DNA from: Nitrosopumilus sp.
GTDB taxonomy: Archaea > Thermoproteota > Nitrososphaeria > Nitrososphaerales > Nitrosopumilaceae
Direction of reading: 5' to 3'
Assembly: GCA_041603475.1 (NCBI GenBank)
Contig: JBFIEJ010000001.1
Coordinates: 1-42,555 of the forward strand
Length of the DNA: 42,555 nucleotides
This document shows, piece by piece, positions 27,663 to 37,419 of this stretch. The notes below the pieces were generated by a model. The model saw only the letters and a list, made by a program, of their open reading frames with translations, had not been told where the DNA came from and searched no databases. Positions within the stretch are counted from its first letter, which is position 1. Each line of letters opens with the position of its first letter. The position numbers and the translations under genes were made by a program.

Positions 27663-27962
27663 TTGTCTTATAGCCTATTTGGTCAAGTAGTTGGAGTTAG
27701 AAAATTTGTTAATGGTGACCTTGAACTAGACTTTTATCATGAGGATGAAATTACTGAATATCGCTCATCATCTGATCCAGGAAAATTAAGTAATTTTCCA
27801 AAGGAATTAGCTGATATGCTGGCTGCAACATTGGCTACAAATGTATGTGTAGAGATTTACTTTGATGAAAATGGAAATGCCACTCATGTTGAGCTAGAAG
27901 AATGTGATGATGATTTGGATGAAGAAGATTTTGACGAGGACCCAGTCCATGAGGAATCATGA
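27663..27962 (+). CDS. Hypothetical protein with acidic C-terminus
   Basis: 99-aa ORF starting 2 nt after the hemerythrin stop. Confidence 0.75.
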   Translation: MSYSLFGQVVGVRKFVNGDLELDFYHEDEITEYRSSSDPGKLSNFPKELADMLAATLATNVCVEIYFDENGNATHVELEECDDDLDEEDFDEDPVHEES

Positions 27963-28050
27963 ACTTTGAAAGTATTCCAAAGCTCAAGGCGTTCCCAAGA
28001 TCTCTTTGATCTTCACTCAACTAACTAATGTCATCGAGTGTCCTCGCCAC
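27960..28050 (-). ncRNA. Candidate multi-stem structured RNA
   Basis: Four helices; all non-Watson-Crick pairs are G-U on the minus strand; TTAAGTA promoter-like box about 20 nt upstream. Confidence 0.55.
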
Positions 28051-28109
28051 AGTAAATTATGTCAAATTCATACTTAAGGGATACTCATAATTCCCAAATA
28101 GTGGAATAA

Positions 28110-29513
28110 TTATTCTACGTAGTGATGATGTGTAAGATTATCATAGAATCTAACTGATTTTATATTTACAAATTCTAACATGCCATATCTTGACAATTCT
28201 CTTCCAAATCCACTGTGCTTTATGCCGCCAAATGGAATTCGAGGATCAGAAATTACTACATTGTTGACACTTACAATCCCGGATTCAATTCGTCTTGACA
28301 TTTTTTCTGCTTTTGCAAGATCTTTTGTCCAAATAGTAGCTCCTAACCCAAATTCAATATCATTTGCCAATTTTATTGCCTCACTTTCGTTTTCAACAAT
28401 TGTAATTGGTGCAACAGGTCCAAAGGTTTCTTCATTGGCAATTCTCATGTTTGGTTTAACGTTTGTCAGAATAGTTGGTTTATAGAAACATCCTTTTCCT
28501 TCCATCTCTGATCCTCCTAAAAGAATTTCAGCACCCTTCTCTTTTGCATCCTCTACAATGCCAGATATTGTTTCAAGACCTGATTTGCTTGAAAGAGGTC
28601 CCACATCTGTCTCAATTGACATTGGATCTCCTACATTTAGTTGAGATGTTTTTTTGATAAATAATTCAATGAAATCTTTAGCTATATTTTTTCCTACGAA
28701 GAATCTTTTTGATGCTACACAACTTTGACCGCAATTAATGAATCTGCCCTTTACTGCACCTTCTGCTGCCTTTTCAATAATTGCATCATCTAATACTATG
28801 AAAGGATCACTTCCACCTAATTCTAAAACACATTTTTTCAAATTCAATGCTGCTCTCTCGCCTACTTTTGCACCTGCATTTGTGCTACCAGTGAATGTGA
28901 CTGCATTTACATCTGAATCAATTAGATGGTTAGCAGAATCTACACTTCCCACTACTGTTTGAAAAATACCATCTGGTATTCCAGATTCTGTAAATGCTTT
29001 TTCAATCTCAATTCCTGATTGCATTGTAATTCTTGATGGTTTCATTACAATTACATTTCCTGCCATCAAACATGGTGCTGCAAATCTTAGAGCCTGCCAA
29101 TAAGGAAAATTCCATGGCATGATAGAGCCAATTACACCTAATGGTTCAAAAGTCAAAAAACTTTTTCTTGCATCCGTGTTTAGAACTTCATCTGATAGAA
29201 AACTATCTCCATGATCAGCATAGAATTCTAATGCCCATGCACATTTTTCAATCTCTCCAATTGATTCCTTGAGTGCTTTTCCCATTTCAGACGTAGCAAC
29301 TTTGGCAAGTTTTGTTTTGTTTTTCTTTAGATATTCTACTAAATTGTAAATGTAACTTCTGCGCTTTTCATAATCTTTTTTCCATTCAGGAAATGCTCTT
29401 CTTGCTTTTCCAACTAATTCATTTACTTGATTTTTATCCATTGCAGAATATGTTGAAATTTCCTCACCAGTTGCTGGGTTTACGGTAATAATTTGACTCA
29501 AGGATTTTTCCAA
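28110..29513 (-). CDS. NAD(P)-dependent aldehyde dehydrogenase, succinate-semialdehyde dehydrogenase-like
   Basis: PWNFP, FTGS, LELGGSDP, catalytic GQSCV, EETFGP, PFGGIKHSGFGRE. Confidence 0.93.
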   Translation of the reverse strand: MEKSLSQIITVNPATGEEISTYSAMDKNQVNELVGKARRAFPEWKKDYEKRRSYIYNLVEYLKKNKTKLAKVATSEMGKALKESIGEIEKCAWALEFYADHGDSFLSDEVLNTDARKSFLTFEPLGVIGSIMPWNFPYWQALRFAAPCLMAGNVIVMKPSRITMQSGIEIEKAFTESGIPDGIFQTVVGSVDSANHLIDSDVNAVTFTGSTNAGAKVGERAALNLKKCVLELGGSDPFIVLDDAIIEKAAEGAVKGRFINCGQSCVASKRFFVGKNIAKDFIELFIKKTSQLNVGDPMSIETDVGPLSSKSGLETISGIVEDAKEKGAEILLGGSEMEGKGCFYKPTILTNVKPNMRIANEETFGPVAPITIVENESEAIKLANDIEFGLGATIWTKDLAKAEKMSRRIESGIVSVNNVVISDPRIPFGGIKHSGFGRELSRYGMLEFVNIKSVRFYDNLTHHHYVE

Positions 29514-29543
29514 GAATTTCTCCTATTTATTTTAGTATTGTCT

Positions 29544-29942
29544 TCAGATTTTTTTAGGATACATTAAAAGCATTTTTGAGTATGAATCCATCATATTGTG
29601 AATGAATTGATCGTAAGATTTCATACCTGATATTCTAACTTGAGAATACCATTTTAGATAGTTATCATAATTTTCAATCTGATTAATCATTATTTCACTT
29701 AGATTATCTGAATATGATTTGAGATTTTTCAACAATTTTTCATCAATATTCATTTTATCAAAAAATTCCTTTTCTGACAGTAAACAGGCTCCAAAAATAT
29801 CATCTAAAACATGAAGATATTCCTTGTAAATATCTGAGTAGATTTGAAATTGCGAGGGGATCTGCATTTCCATTTTTTTGATTATTTTTGATGTATTGTC
29901 TTTGAAAATATTACAAACTGAAATTTGATTTTCTGTGGTCAT
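29544..29942 (-). CDS. Hypothetical helical protein
   Basis: 132-aa ORF co-oriented within a gene run. Confidence 0.7.
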   Translation of the reverse strand: MTTENQISVCNIFKDNTSKIIKKMEMQIPSQFQIYSDIYKEYLHVLDDIFGACLLSEKEFFDKMNIDEKLLKNLKSYSDNLSEIMINQIENYDNYLKWYSQVRISGMKSYDQFIHNMMDSYSKMLLMYPKKI

Positions 29943-29984
29943 AAATTATCACTAGTTAATTTTGTATTTAGTTTTATTTCCAGA

Positions 29985-30500
29985 TCAGAAAATTTGTTGC
30001 ATGTCTTTTTTAATTTCATCAATTTTCTTTGAATAAGCTTTTTTAGATTTATCGTTCTTTTTTAGATTTAAAACATTTCCACAAGATGGGCACTTGAACA
30101 TTCCTTCTAATGATTCTTCAAATGTCACTCTTGGACAATCTTCATTTCCACAATGATAAAAGTCAGATGCATTTTCATAATCTAATCTTTGCTGTAGTCT
30201 TTCAGTAATTTTCTTTTTTTGATTTTCAATGAAATGTTCTACCTCTTCTCTCCTTGTTCTCCATCTATAGACAAACCATCCTTTTCTTTCGTCTTTGACT
30301 CTAATTCCTGTAATGAGAGATTTTCCAAATAGATCATACAGCACTTTTCTTACCATGTTGATTCTTAGACCTGTAGAACTTGCAATTTCTTCATCAGTAG
30401 CATCTTCAGCCTTTAAAAGAGATCTTGCCACTTTGAGATATTCATCTCCTCCAATCATGGAAGCTATTCTAACAAATGGATCTTCGTATTTGTCTACCAA
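29985..30500 (-). CDS. tfe: Transcription factor E (TFIIE alpha)
   Basis: TDEEIA...VRKVLYDL winged helix, GWFVYRW, zinc ribbon FKCPSCG. Confidence 0.95.
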   Translation of the reverse strand: MVDKYEDPFVRIASMIGGDEYLKVARSLLKAEDATDEEIASSTGLRINMVRKVLYDLFGKSLITGIRVKDERKGWFVYRWRTRREEVEHFIENQKKKITERLQQRLDYENASDFYHCGNEDCPRVTFEESLEGMFKCPSCGNVLNLKKNDKSKKAYSKKIDEIKKDMQQIF

Positions 30501-30526
30501 CTCTAATTTCTCCTAATTTTCTACTA

Positions 30527-31060
30527 TTAATCCCTTGTTTCTTTTACCTGTACATTTTTCCCCTTTTTTGTGGGAATTATCTTCCTTTTTGCATCTGGAA
30601 ATATCTTTTCGAATTGCTTTCCACTTTGAATACGATCTAATACAATAGCTAATGCACTAATCTCTGAATGAGGTTGATTTCCCACACCTACGTTATAGTC
30701 AGCTAAATCATAAATTTCTCTTGGAACTTTTTCTGCCCCTACAACAATAAGTAAATTTTCTTCTCCTTGAAGTTTTTCCTGAACGCTATTAATATTTTCA
30801 CCATACATTGTGAGATGAACAATTCTGAAATTTTCTTCTTTCTTCTTTTTTACAATAGACTTCCACTTGTCAATAAATTCAACAACAAAATCTCCACCCC
30901 AAGTATCCTTAATTTTTTCAATGGTATCTTTAATTTCAGGATTAACCTCTGTCATGAAAATTTTTTTTGCCCCAAATGCTCTTGAAACTAGGGCGACATG
31001 AGTTGTAACCCTGTCATCTCTTACAAGACGTTGCCCTATTCTTACTACTTCAATTACCAA
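30527..31060 (-). CDS. trm56: tRNA (cytidine-56-2'-O)-methyltransferase
   Basis: [36 protein letters not shown]; start moved to TTG 31060. Confidence 0.95.
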   Translation of the reverse strand: MVIEVVRIGQRLVRDDRVTTHVALVSRAFGAKKIFMTEVNPEIKDTIEKIKDTWGGDFVVEFIDKWKSIVKKKKEENFRIVHLTMYGENINSVQEKLQGEENLLIVVGAEKVPREIYDLADYNVGVGNQPHSEISALAIVLDRIQSGKQFEKIFPDAKRKIIPTKKGKNVQVKETRD

Positions 31061-32168
31061 ATACTTTTTCAGCTCCAAAAGAATTCGTAGAAAATTTTGG
31101 TGAATTCTGGCTTTCAATAATATCTCTTATCAGTTCCTTAAGCTGATTGACATTATTTCCAGTTTTTGCTGATACTGGAATCCATTTTTTATTCTCTGAT
31201 AAATTAAGTATCTCAACTTTTTCATCAATTTGTGCTTTAGTTAATAGATCTGATTTGTTTAATGCATAAGCCATCTTGTCTTTTTCAATTCCTAATTCAC
31301 CTAGCGTCCTCATGCAACTAGCAAATTTCTTTTTCAAATCAAATATAGGATCACTGATATCAATTACTACAATAACGATATCAGTGTAACCTAATTCTTC
31401 TAATGTCGATTTGAAAGCATCTATCATGTAGGCAGGTAGTTTACTGATAAACCCAACAGTATCTGAAATCAAAAATGATTCTCTGTTTATTGTAAATCTC
31501 CTAGTTGTAGTGGAAAGAGTGGTAAAAAGCTCCTTACTTTGGGCTCGAGTTTCTCCTGTCATCTTGTTAAATAAAGTAGTTTTTCCTGCAGATGTATACC
31601 CTGCAAGTGATATTGTTTTGAATCCCATTCTTTTTCTTCCCTGTCTGTGAAGCTCTCTTTGTTTTACAGCTTTTTCTAGTTTAGATCTAATTGTCTGCAT
31701 TCTATGTTTGATATCATTATAGTAAACATCTACTTCGAATTTTCCAATTCCCATAAATCCTGGTTGCTCACCCATGTTTGATAATCTGACTTTTTCTTTT
31801 GCTCTGACCATCTCATATCTTAATTGTGCAAGTTTGACTTGCAGTTTAGATTCTGCACTGGATGCTCTACTTTCAAAAATTTCAAGAATTAATGCTTCTC
31901 TGTCTAAAACTTCTCTATGTAAAACTGAAGCAAGATTATAATTTTGACTGGGTTTTAATATTTCATCAAATACTATTACATCAGGTCTTATCTTTTCAGC
32001 AATTTCCTCTAGCTGTTCTACTGCTCCTCCACTGATTCCGTATTTTGGTTTTTTAAGAAAACTTTGGGTAATTGTATGAACAACTTCGTATCCTGCTGCA
32101 TCACACAATCCTTTGGCCTCACTAATAGCGTCATCTTTGTCATATGTTATCAAAATTGCAGATTTCAT
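31050..32168 (-). CDS. hflX: GTPase HflX
   Basis: [40 protein letters not shown]. Confidence 0.95.
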   Translation of the reverse strand: MKSAILITYDKDDAISEAKGLCDAAGYEVVHTITQSFLKKPKYGISGGAVEQLEEIAEKIRPDVIVFDEILKPSQNYNLASVLHREVLDREALILEIFESRASSAESKLQVKLAQLRYEMVRAKEKVRLSNMGEQPGFMGIGKFEVDVYYNDIKHRMQTIRSKLEKAVKQRELHRQGRKRMGFKTISLAGYTSAGKTTLFNKMTGETRAQSKELFTTLSTTTRRFTINRESFLISDTVGFISKLPAYMIDAFKSTLEELGYTDIVIVVIDISDPIFDLKKKFASCMRTLGELGIEKDKMAYALNKSDLLTKAQIDEKVEILNLSENKKWIPVSAKTGNNVNQLKELIRDIIESQNSPKFSTNSFGAEKVFGN

Positions 32169-32212
32169 TTTAATCAAATATTTTTACCATTTCAATCCTA
32201 TTTTTTTATAAA

Positions 32213-33259
32213 TTATCCAGTTTTCTTCAAAGCTTTTTCTATATTCATATTCAATACTATTTCTGCAATATCACTGGCATATTCTGATATTCTTCTTATG
32301 TTTTCAGTCATTCTTCTCACTCTGTAAATCTCTTCATCATCTTTTAATGATTTTGAAGCATCTCTGACTTTTTTCTCATATTTTGTTATTTCATCTATTT
32401 TTTTTATGGTTTTTTCAGCCTGAGAATAGTCCTCTTTAAACAAAGCCAGACATGAATCATCTAAAACTGATAAACAAAATTCATTCATATCTTGAAGTTT
32501 TGCTAAAATATCTTTCTTTAATGATTTTTTGAATTCAAGAAGATCTTTTGCAATAAATGCAGCATGATCCCCTGTTCTCTCAATATTTTTTACAACGAGT
32601 CTATATCCTAAACAGTTTCTGGCATTTCTAAAACCCATCTCTTTTAACATGTGCTCATTTTGTATTGCTATCTTTAATTGGCGAATAATGTAAAAGCCAA
32701 ATCTATCAACTTCATCATCTGTATTGATTACTTCTTTTGCCAATTCCAAATTATTTTCTTTGACTGCTAAGATAGCGTCACTTGACATTGATTTTGCTAA
32801 ATGAATCATCCTTTTGAAAGCACCATCAACTGATAATTCTAATAAATTTACAAGGACTTGAACTGTAATCTCTCCACTTGAATCTGAAATTATTTCAGAA
32901 CCCATTAACATTCGTTTTACAGCTTCCTTTACTGTATTTCTCTGGCTTGGACTTAATCTACCATTTTTAGGTTTGACATTAATTGTTTTGAATCCCAAAA
33001 AATACAATGAAATTAATTTTCTAACAATTGAAGAAGCCTCTTCCTCTATGTCGATTTCGATAACTGCATCCTCCTTTTTCTGTGCCCTTGATTCAAATTT
33101 TGGTGGGAATAATTCTAACGTTGATGAACCTTTTCTAACCATTCTGATCTGATCTCCTTGTTTAAGACCAAGATCTGTAATCCATTGTTTTGGCAATGAT
33201 ACTATATATGACGATTTACCAGTAAACTGAATTTTCCTAGTTTCTTCTCTTTCTTCCAT
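32213..33259 (-). CDS. phoU: Phosphate uptake regulator PhoU with N-terminal AbrB domain
   Basis: RKIQFTGKSSYIVSLPKQW; DDEVDR, ERTGDHA, YASDIAE. Confidence 0.92.
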   Translation of the reverse strand: MEEREETRKIQFTGKSSYIVSLPKQWITDLGLKQGDQIRMVRKGSSTLELFPPKFESRAQKKEDAVIEIDIEEEASSIVRKLISLYFLGFKTINVKPKNGRLSPSQRNTVKEAVKRMLMGSEIISDSSGEITVQVLVNLLELSVDGAFKRMIHLAKSMSSDAILAVKENNLELAKEVINTDDEVDRFGFYIIRQLKIAIQNEHMLKEMGFRNARNCLGYRLVVKNIERTGDHAAFIAKDLLEFKKSLKKDILAKLQDMNEFCLSVLDDSCLALFKEDYSQAEKTIKKIDEITKYEKKVRDASKSLKDDEEIYRVRRMTENIRRISEYASDIAEIVLNMNIEKALKKTG

Positions 33260-33344
33260 GATCTAAAGAGAAAAATCTATTCTATATAGTTTGAGATCAG
33301 AAATATGGTCTTTCATTGAACTAATATTTAGAAAAGATCTTCCT

Positions 33345-33824
33345 ATGCGTATGGACCATGTTTTAAAACTTCAGCATACTTTGGATGCATTGTTTGGAAA
33401 AGGTGTTTCAAAACAGTTGCCTCGAGATATTGAAATGACTTTTTCTAGAAAGACTGGAAGAATTAGAACAGTGTCGCATCAAGGAAAATTACTTTGTACT
33501 TTAAGAATTGATGGAGGTTTGGCAATTAGTCCATATTTTGCCCAAATATTACTCAAAAGCAAATCATTCAGAGAAAATTGCATTGAGATTAACAAAGATG
33601 CTGCACCATTTGTAATGGAAGGAAGATCTGTGTTTTGTAAGCATGTTGTGTGGTGCGGAAAAAATGTACAAATTTCTGCTGATACCCCTGTGTTATTCGA
33701 AGACAAAGTAATTGCAGTAGGAAAAGCAGTTTTATCATACCAAATGATTTCTGATTTTGATAGAGGCGTAGCCATTAAGGTCAGAGATAGTTTAAAAAGT
33801 CGTAATGAGGAAAATAAATTATGA
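33345..33824 (+). CDS. PUA-domain protein (C-terminal part of a split archaeosine tRNA-guanine transglycosylase-like protein)
   Basis: SRKTGRIR, LR.DGGL, GRSVFCKHV, RGVAIKVR; start uncertain (33345 or 33351). Confidence 0.75.
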   Translation: MRMDHVLKLQHTLDALFGKGVSKQLPRDIEMTFSRKTGRIRTVSHQGKLLCTLRIDGGLAISPYFAQILLKSKSFRENCIEINKDAAPFVMEGRSVFCKHVVWCGKNVQISADTPVLFEDKVIAVGKAVLSYQMISDFDRGVAIKVRDSLKSRNEENKL

Positions 33825-34162
33825 TGCGTGGCGGCAATCGCGAAATGCGAAGAATGATGGACAAAATGGGACTTGACATGAGTGAACTTCCCAATGTCCA
33901 AGAGGTTATCATAAAGACTGACAAAAAAGAAATTATCATTACCAAACCTTCTGTAACTGAAATGAAGGCAAAAGACAATTCAATTTTTACAGTTACTGCA
34001 GATAGTTATGAAGAACGAGAATTAGAAGTTCCAATCTTCTCTGAGGAGGATATTCAACTAGTTAGCCAACAAGCAGGAGTAGATGAAGATAGAGCCAGAG
34101 GTGCATTAGAGGAAGCTAAAGGGGATCTTGCTAGAGCGATCTTACTCTTGACAACTGGATAA
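33821..34162 (+). CDS. nac: Nascent polypeptide-associated complex protein
   Basis: RRMMDKMGLDM, EVIIK, UBA-like EDIQLVSQQAGV...GDLARAIL. Confidence 0.95.
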   Translation: MMRGGNREMRRMMDKMGLDMSELPNVQEVIIKTDKKEIIITKPSVTEMKAKDNSIFTVTADSYEERELEVPIFSEEDIQLVSQQAGVDEDRARGALEEAKGDLARAILLLTTG

Positions 34163-34238
34163 TTTACTATTTTTGTGACTAAAAAATTGATTAAAATGAA
34201 TGGTTTGCCAATATGTTTTGATTCTAAATTTTCTAAAT

Positions 34239-35054
34239 CTATTCTAAGACTATAACTTTTCCAGTCATCCAAGGATGTGCAATACAGTAATAGTCAAACG
34301 TTCCTTCTTCTTCAAATTGATTTGTAAAAGTAGAACCTGGAGAAATTAATCCACTATCAAAAATTCCATTATAACCATTTGAAGGGATTCCACTTGTAAC
34401 AGTGTGAACTGCAATGTCATCGTTAGTCCATGTAACACTGGAATGTTCATTAATTGTTACCGAATATGGAAGATAGCACTCATTTGTTTTCTCACATCCT
34501 GGTGATGCAGAGCCACGAGCAATTGAAACTTGGGTACTCTGTGAATTTGTACTAGTTTCAGTTTTTTCATCTACATCATTTTGATTATCCAAAAATTGTT
34601 GATTATTCATCATATTGTTTCCCATCATCATGTTTCCACCCATCATATTCATCATTTCAGGATTATTCATCATATGTGTCATCATTTGTTGTTGCATCTG
34701 GGGATCATTCATCATAGTATTCATCATTGGTCCCATCATCTGGTTCATGTATTGAGGATTAGACATCATCATGTCATGCATCTGTTGCATCATCTGGGGA
34801 TCATTCATCATAGTATTCATCCATTGATTCATCATTTCAGGATTATTCATCATTTGCTGTGGATTCATCATATCTGAACCCATCCAATGTTGAGACATCT
34901 TTGGATTATTAGACATCATTTGATCAAACAGTTCTTGATTTTGAAATTTCATTGACATCGGATCATATGTACTAGCAAAATAAGCATAACTTGCACCAAC
35001 ACCTACAAAGAAAACACCAATTACAATTGCTATCCAAATAGGCTGGCTTACCAT
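34239..35054 (-). CDS. Membrane-anchored Met-rich blue copper (plastocyanin/azurin family) protein
   Basis: N-terminal TM helix; long Met/Asn/Gln region; WTNDD..VHTVT, FDSG, YYCIAHPWM type-1 Cu ligands. Confidence 0.93.
   Translation of the reverse strand: MVSQPIWIAIVIGVFFVGVGASYAYFASTYDPMSMKFQNQELFDQMMSNNPKMSQHWMGSDMMNPQQMMNNPEMMNQWMNTMMNDPQMMQQMHDMMMSNPQYMNQMMGPMMNTMMNDPQMQQQMMTHMMNNPEMMNMMGGNMMMGNNMMNNQQFLDNQNDVDEKTETSTNSQSTQVSIARGSASPGCEKTNECYLPYSVTINEHSSVTWTNDDIAVHTVTSGIPSNGYNGIFDSGLISPGSTFTNQFEEEGTFDYYCIAHPWMTGKVIVLE
34619..34880 (-). repeat. Met-rich coding repeats (MMNNPEMMN / MNTMMNDPQM)
   Basis: atctggggatcattcatcatagtattcat and catttcaggattattcatcat each occur twice. Confidence 0.85.
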
Positions 35055-35193
35055 AATTTTGGTAGTTCCTCTCGATATTTAATGTGATTAACAGATGTCA
35101 ATTTTGATTCTAACTCTGAAATGGAAATTTAATTATAAAATGCCTGATTTACGCATAGATCATGCCTACCAAGTGAATGATTTAAGTAATGGA

Positions 35194-35212
35194 ATATCCA
35201 AATTTTGGATAT
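35194..35212. promoter_or_regulatory. Perfect palindrome ATATCCAAA-T-TTTGGATAT between TATA and start codon
   Basis: TTTAAGTA at 35181-35188, palindrome at 35194-35212, ATG at 35214. Confidence 0.5.
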
Positions 35213-35213
35213 A

Positions 35214-35549
35214 ATGAGTAGCATGGCCGAATCCAAAGTTACAGGAATTATAAAATCTTTGAATGGATTAGAAGATGATCTGGATTCCCTTACCAGCAAA
35301 GTTGCTGATATGAAAAAACAACTTTCTATCAAGGCCCAAAATGAAATTGAATCCTTGATGGAAAAAACTAGGGAAATTGCTACTAAAGAAGCAGAAGTTA
35401 TGATTAATTCCGCTAAAGAAAAAGCAACTGCAGAATCTGCAAAAATTGCTCAATCTGGTGAGGCTAAATTGGCTGAAATTCAGTCAAATATAGATGCTAA
35501 TTTTGATGAAGCAGTAAAACATGTCGTGTCAACTGTTTTGAAGGCATAA
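35214..35549 (+). CDS. Coiled-coil protein, A/V-type ATPase subunit H/G-like
   Basis: Ala/Glu/Lys coiled coil ending NFDEAVKHVVSTVL; start 35214 or 35223. Confidence 0.6.
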   Translation: MSSMAESKVTGIIKSLNGLEDDLDSLTSKVADMKKQLSIKAQNEIESLMEKTREIATKEAEVMINSAKEKATAESAKIAQSGEAKLAEIQSNIDANFDEAVKHVVSTVLKA

Positions 35550-35570
35550 AAATAAATCAGATATTTCATT

Positions 35571-36233
35571 TTGCCTAATATCGATCCCATACTAAATGCC
35601 CGTATTGGAATTGCTACTACTTATGGTAAGCCATACTATAGATTTTCTACCTATCTGAAAACCCTCAACCTTTCTTTTGACTCAATTCTTCCTGAAGAAA
35701 TTAAAAGTTATTCTGGCAATCTAATTCTAACAACAAAAAAAGAATCCCCCAAAAAATGTGAAAAACCTTTACTTCATGAAGATATTTTTGAAAACCATCC
35801 TACTGTGATTAGGGGAATGATAATGCAAAAACTCAATCTGGATTTTGAAGAAGAAGATCTAATTTTAGGAGTTGATCCAGGAAAGCGAATTGGATTATCT
35901 GTATTTTATTATGGTAAAGAAATTGATAGTGTTTTTCATTCATCACTGGATGAATTAATTTCTCATATCATTGGAGTTTTGGGAGGTCTTAGGGCAAAAA
36001 GGAAAATTGTTAAAATTGGAAATGGTCATATGAAAATTGCAAAACAGATTGCAACAATGCTTAATCTAAAATTCTGTTCATCATATGAACTTCAATTCGT
36101 TGATGAGAGCAAGACGAGTCTAAAAATAAAAAATTTCAATCAAAGAGGAAAACGTGATATGCTTTCTGCAAAGTACATCTCTCAAAGAGATGGTTATGGG
36201 TACTCGATATTACCTCTGTCGATTACTGGCTAA
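35571..36233 (+). CDS. Hypothetical protein with YqgF/RuvC-like RNase H domain
   Basis: ILGVDPGKRIGL, IGNG, VDESKTS, RDMLSA. Confidence 0.7.
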   Translation: MPNIDPILNARIGIATTYGKPYYRFSTYLKTLNLSFDSILPEEIKSYSGNLILTTKKESPKKCEKPLLHEDIFENHPTVIRGMIMQKLNLDFEEEDLILGVDPGKRIGLSVFYYGKEIDSVFHSSLDELISHIIGVLGGLRAKRKIVKIGNGHMKIAKQIATMLNLKFCSSYELQFVDESKTSLKIKNFNQRGKRDMLSAKYISQRDGYGYSILPLSITG

Positions 36234-36589
36234 AATTCAAGTTAACTTACAAAAAATGTAAAAAAGCTTTAATTTTTCAGATAACTGATGTTTATTTTTA
36301 AATTAAATTTGGAGAATGATGAAAGTATGATGATTTTTTGAAAATTCTTGATTAATAATTTTGAAAAATGTAATTTTTACTCAAACAACTATATTGACAT
36401 GTATCAAATTTGCAAAAATAAAAAAATTAGTTCAAGCTATACATATTTATTGAAGATTTCTTGGTTTTATTTGAAACTAATAACTTTGATCGCAAATAAA
36501 TACATAATAATTTCATGTTTTTAAGAATATTTTATAATTTTTATCGATCCATCCTTATATAGTTATGAATTCTATATAAAAATACCAAG

Positions 36590-37060
36590 ATGACTTGTAA
36601 AGGAATTTGTGTTAGATATAAGGCTCAAAAGCCAGTTGGAACAGGAAGATATGCTTCTGGACAACGTCGATGCCAAATTTGTGAGATTTTCATCAAATGG
36701 GAAGGACTATGGTGTCCATGTTGTGGATATAGATTGAGAACAAAACCACGTAATCTAAAATATAAAGCAAAATTACGTGCTAGAGTTGAGGCAGATTCTA
36801 TTGAAGCTAAAGCAGTTGCTGATACTCAATCAGATGAAATTGAAGTTGAAGCAGTAGCCGTTAAATCAAAAACTAAATCTAAAGCTAAAACTGCAAAAGC
36901 AAAAACATCAAAAGTTAAAGCAAAAACTAAAGAAAAAACTTCTTGTACATACTGTGATAAGATGTTTGTTTATGTTGACAAACATGAAAAAAACTGCAAG
37001 AAGAATCCAAATAAAGTTGAAGCTTCCCATGCGACTGAATCAATAGCAATAAAAGCATAA
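36590..37060 (+). CDS. Cys-rich basic protein with Lys/Ala linker and C-terminal C2HC finger
   Basis: CKGIC, CQIC, CPCCG; KSKTKSKAKTAKAK; CTYC...H...C. Confidence 0.85.
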   Translation: MTCKGICVRYKAQKPVGTGRYASGQRRCQICEIFIKWEGLWCPCCGYRLRTKPRNLKYKAKLRARVEADSIEAKAVADTQSDEIEVEAVAVKSKTKSKAKTAKAKTSKVKAKTKEKTSCTYCDKMFVYVDKHEKNCKKNPNKVEASHATESIAIKA

Positions 37061-37074
37061 GACTCGTTCAAAGC

Positions 37075-37419
37075 TTGTTGAACTCTCCAAACGGATTTAC
37101 CCAGAAATTGGTAAATTTGGAGAGTCGTAGTTTTTCTTTACAGATTCAGAAATTTGATAATGGATTTTTTGTTTCTGTAACTGAAGGAGCTAACAAATTA
37201 GGTTCCATGGTTGTATCATTAGCAACAGGGCCTACCCCAATTACAACTACTATTATCCCTTCTAGAACTGAAACCCTTTTTCTGAAACTTGTGGCTGAAA
37301 GAATTAGTACCAGAATGCGAGGTATAGCATTAGTTTCTACATTTATTCAGAAAGAATTGGAACCAAACACTGCAAAAGCCTTAATGTCTGAAATTATGGA
37401 GATGATCGAGAATGACTGA
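37075..37419 (+). CDS. Hypothetical protein, proteasome assembly chaperone 4-like
   Basis: Pattern LGSMVVS...T.I......LVAERIS; overlaps the ubiD start. Confidence 0.6.
   Translation: MLNSPNGFTQKLVNLESRSFSLQIQKFDNGFFVSVTEGANKLGSMVVSLATGPTPITTTIIPSRTETLFLKLVAERISTRMRGIALVSTFIQKELEPNTAKALMSEIMEMIEND

Noticed and set aside
27835-28020. 61-aa minus-strand ORF
   Set aside because: Antisense to a plausible gene and overlapping the structured RNA candidate; no recognisable protein features.
34581-34877. His-rich 98-aa ORF
   Set aside because: Antisense shadow of ATG (Met) repeats read as CAT.
36234-36589. Hidden gene or origin in the AT-rich spacer
   Set aside because: No credible ORF, repeats or ORB-like motifs found by eye.
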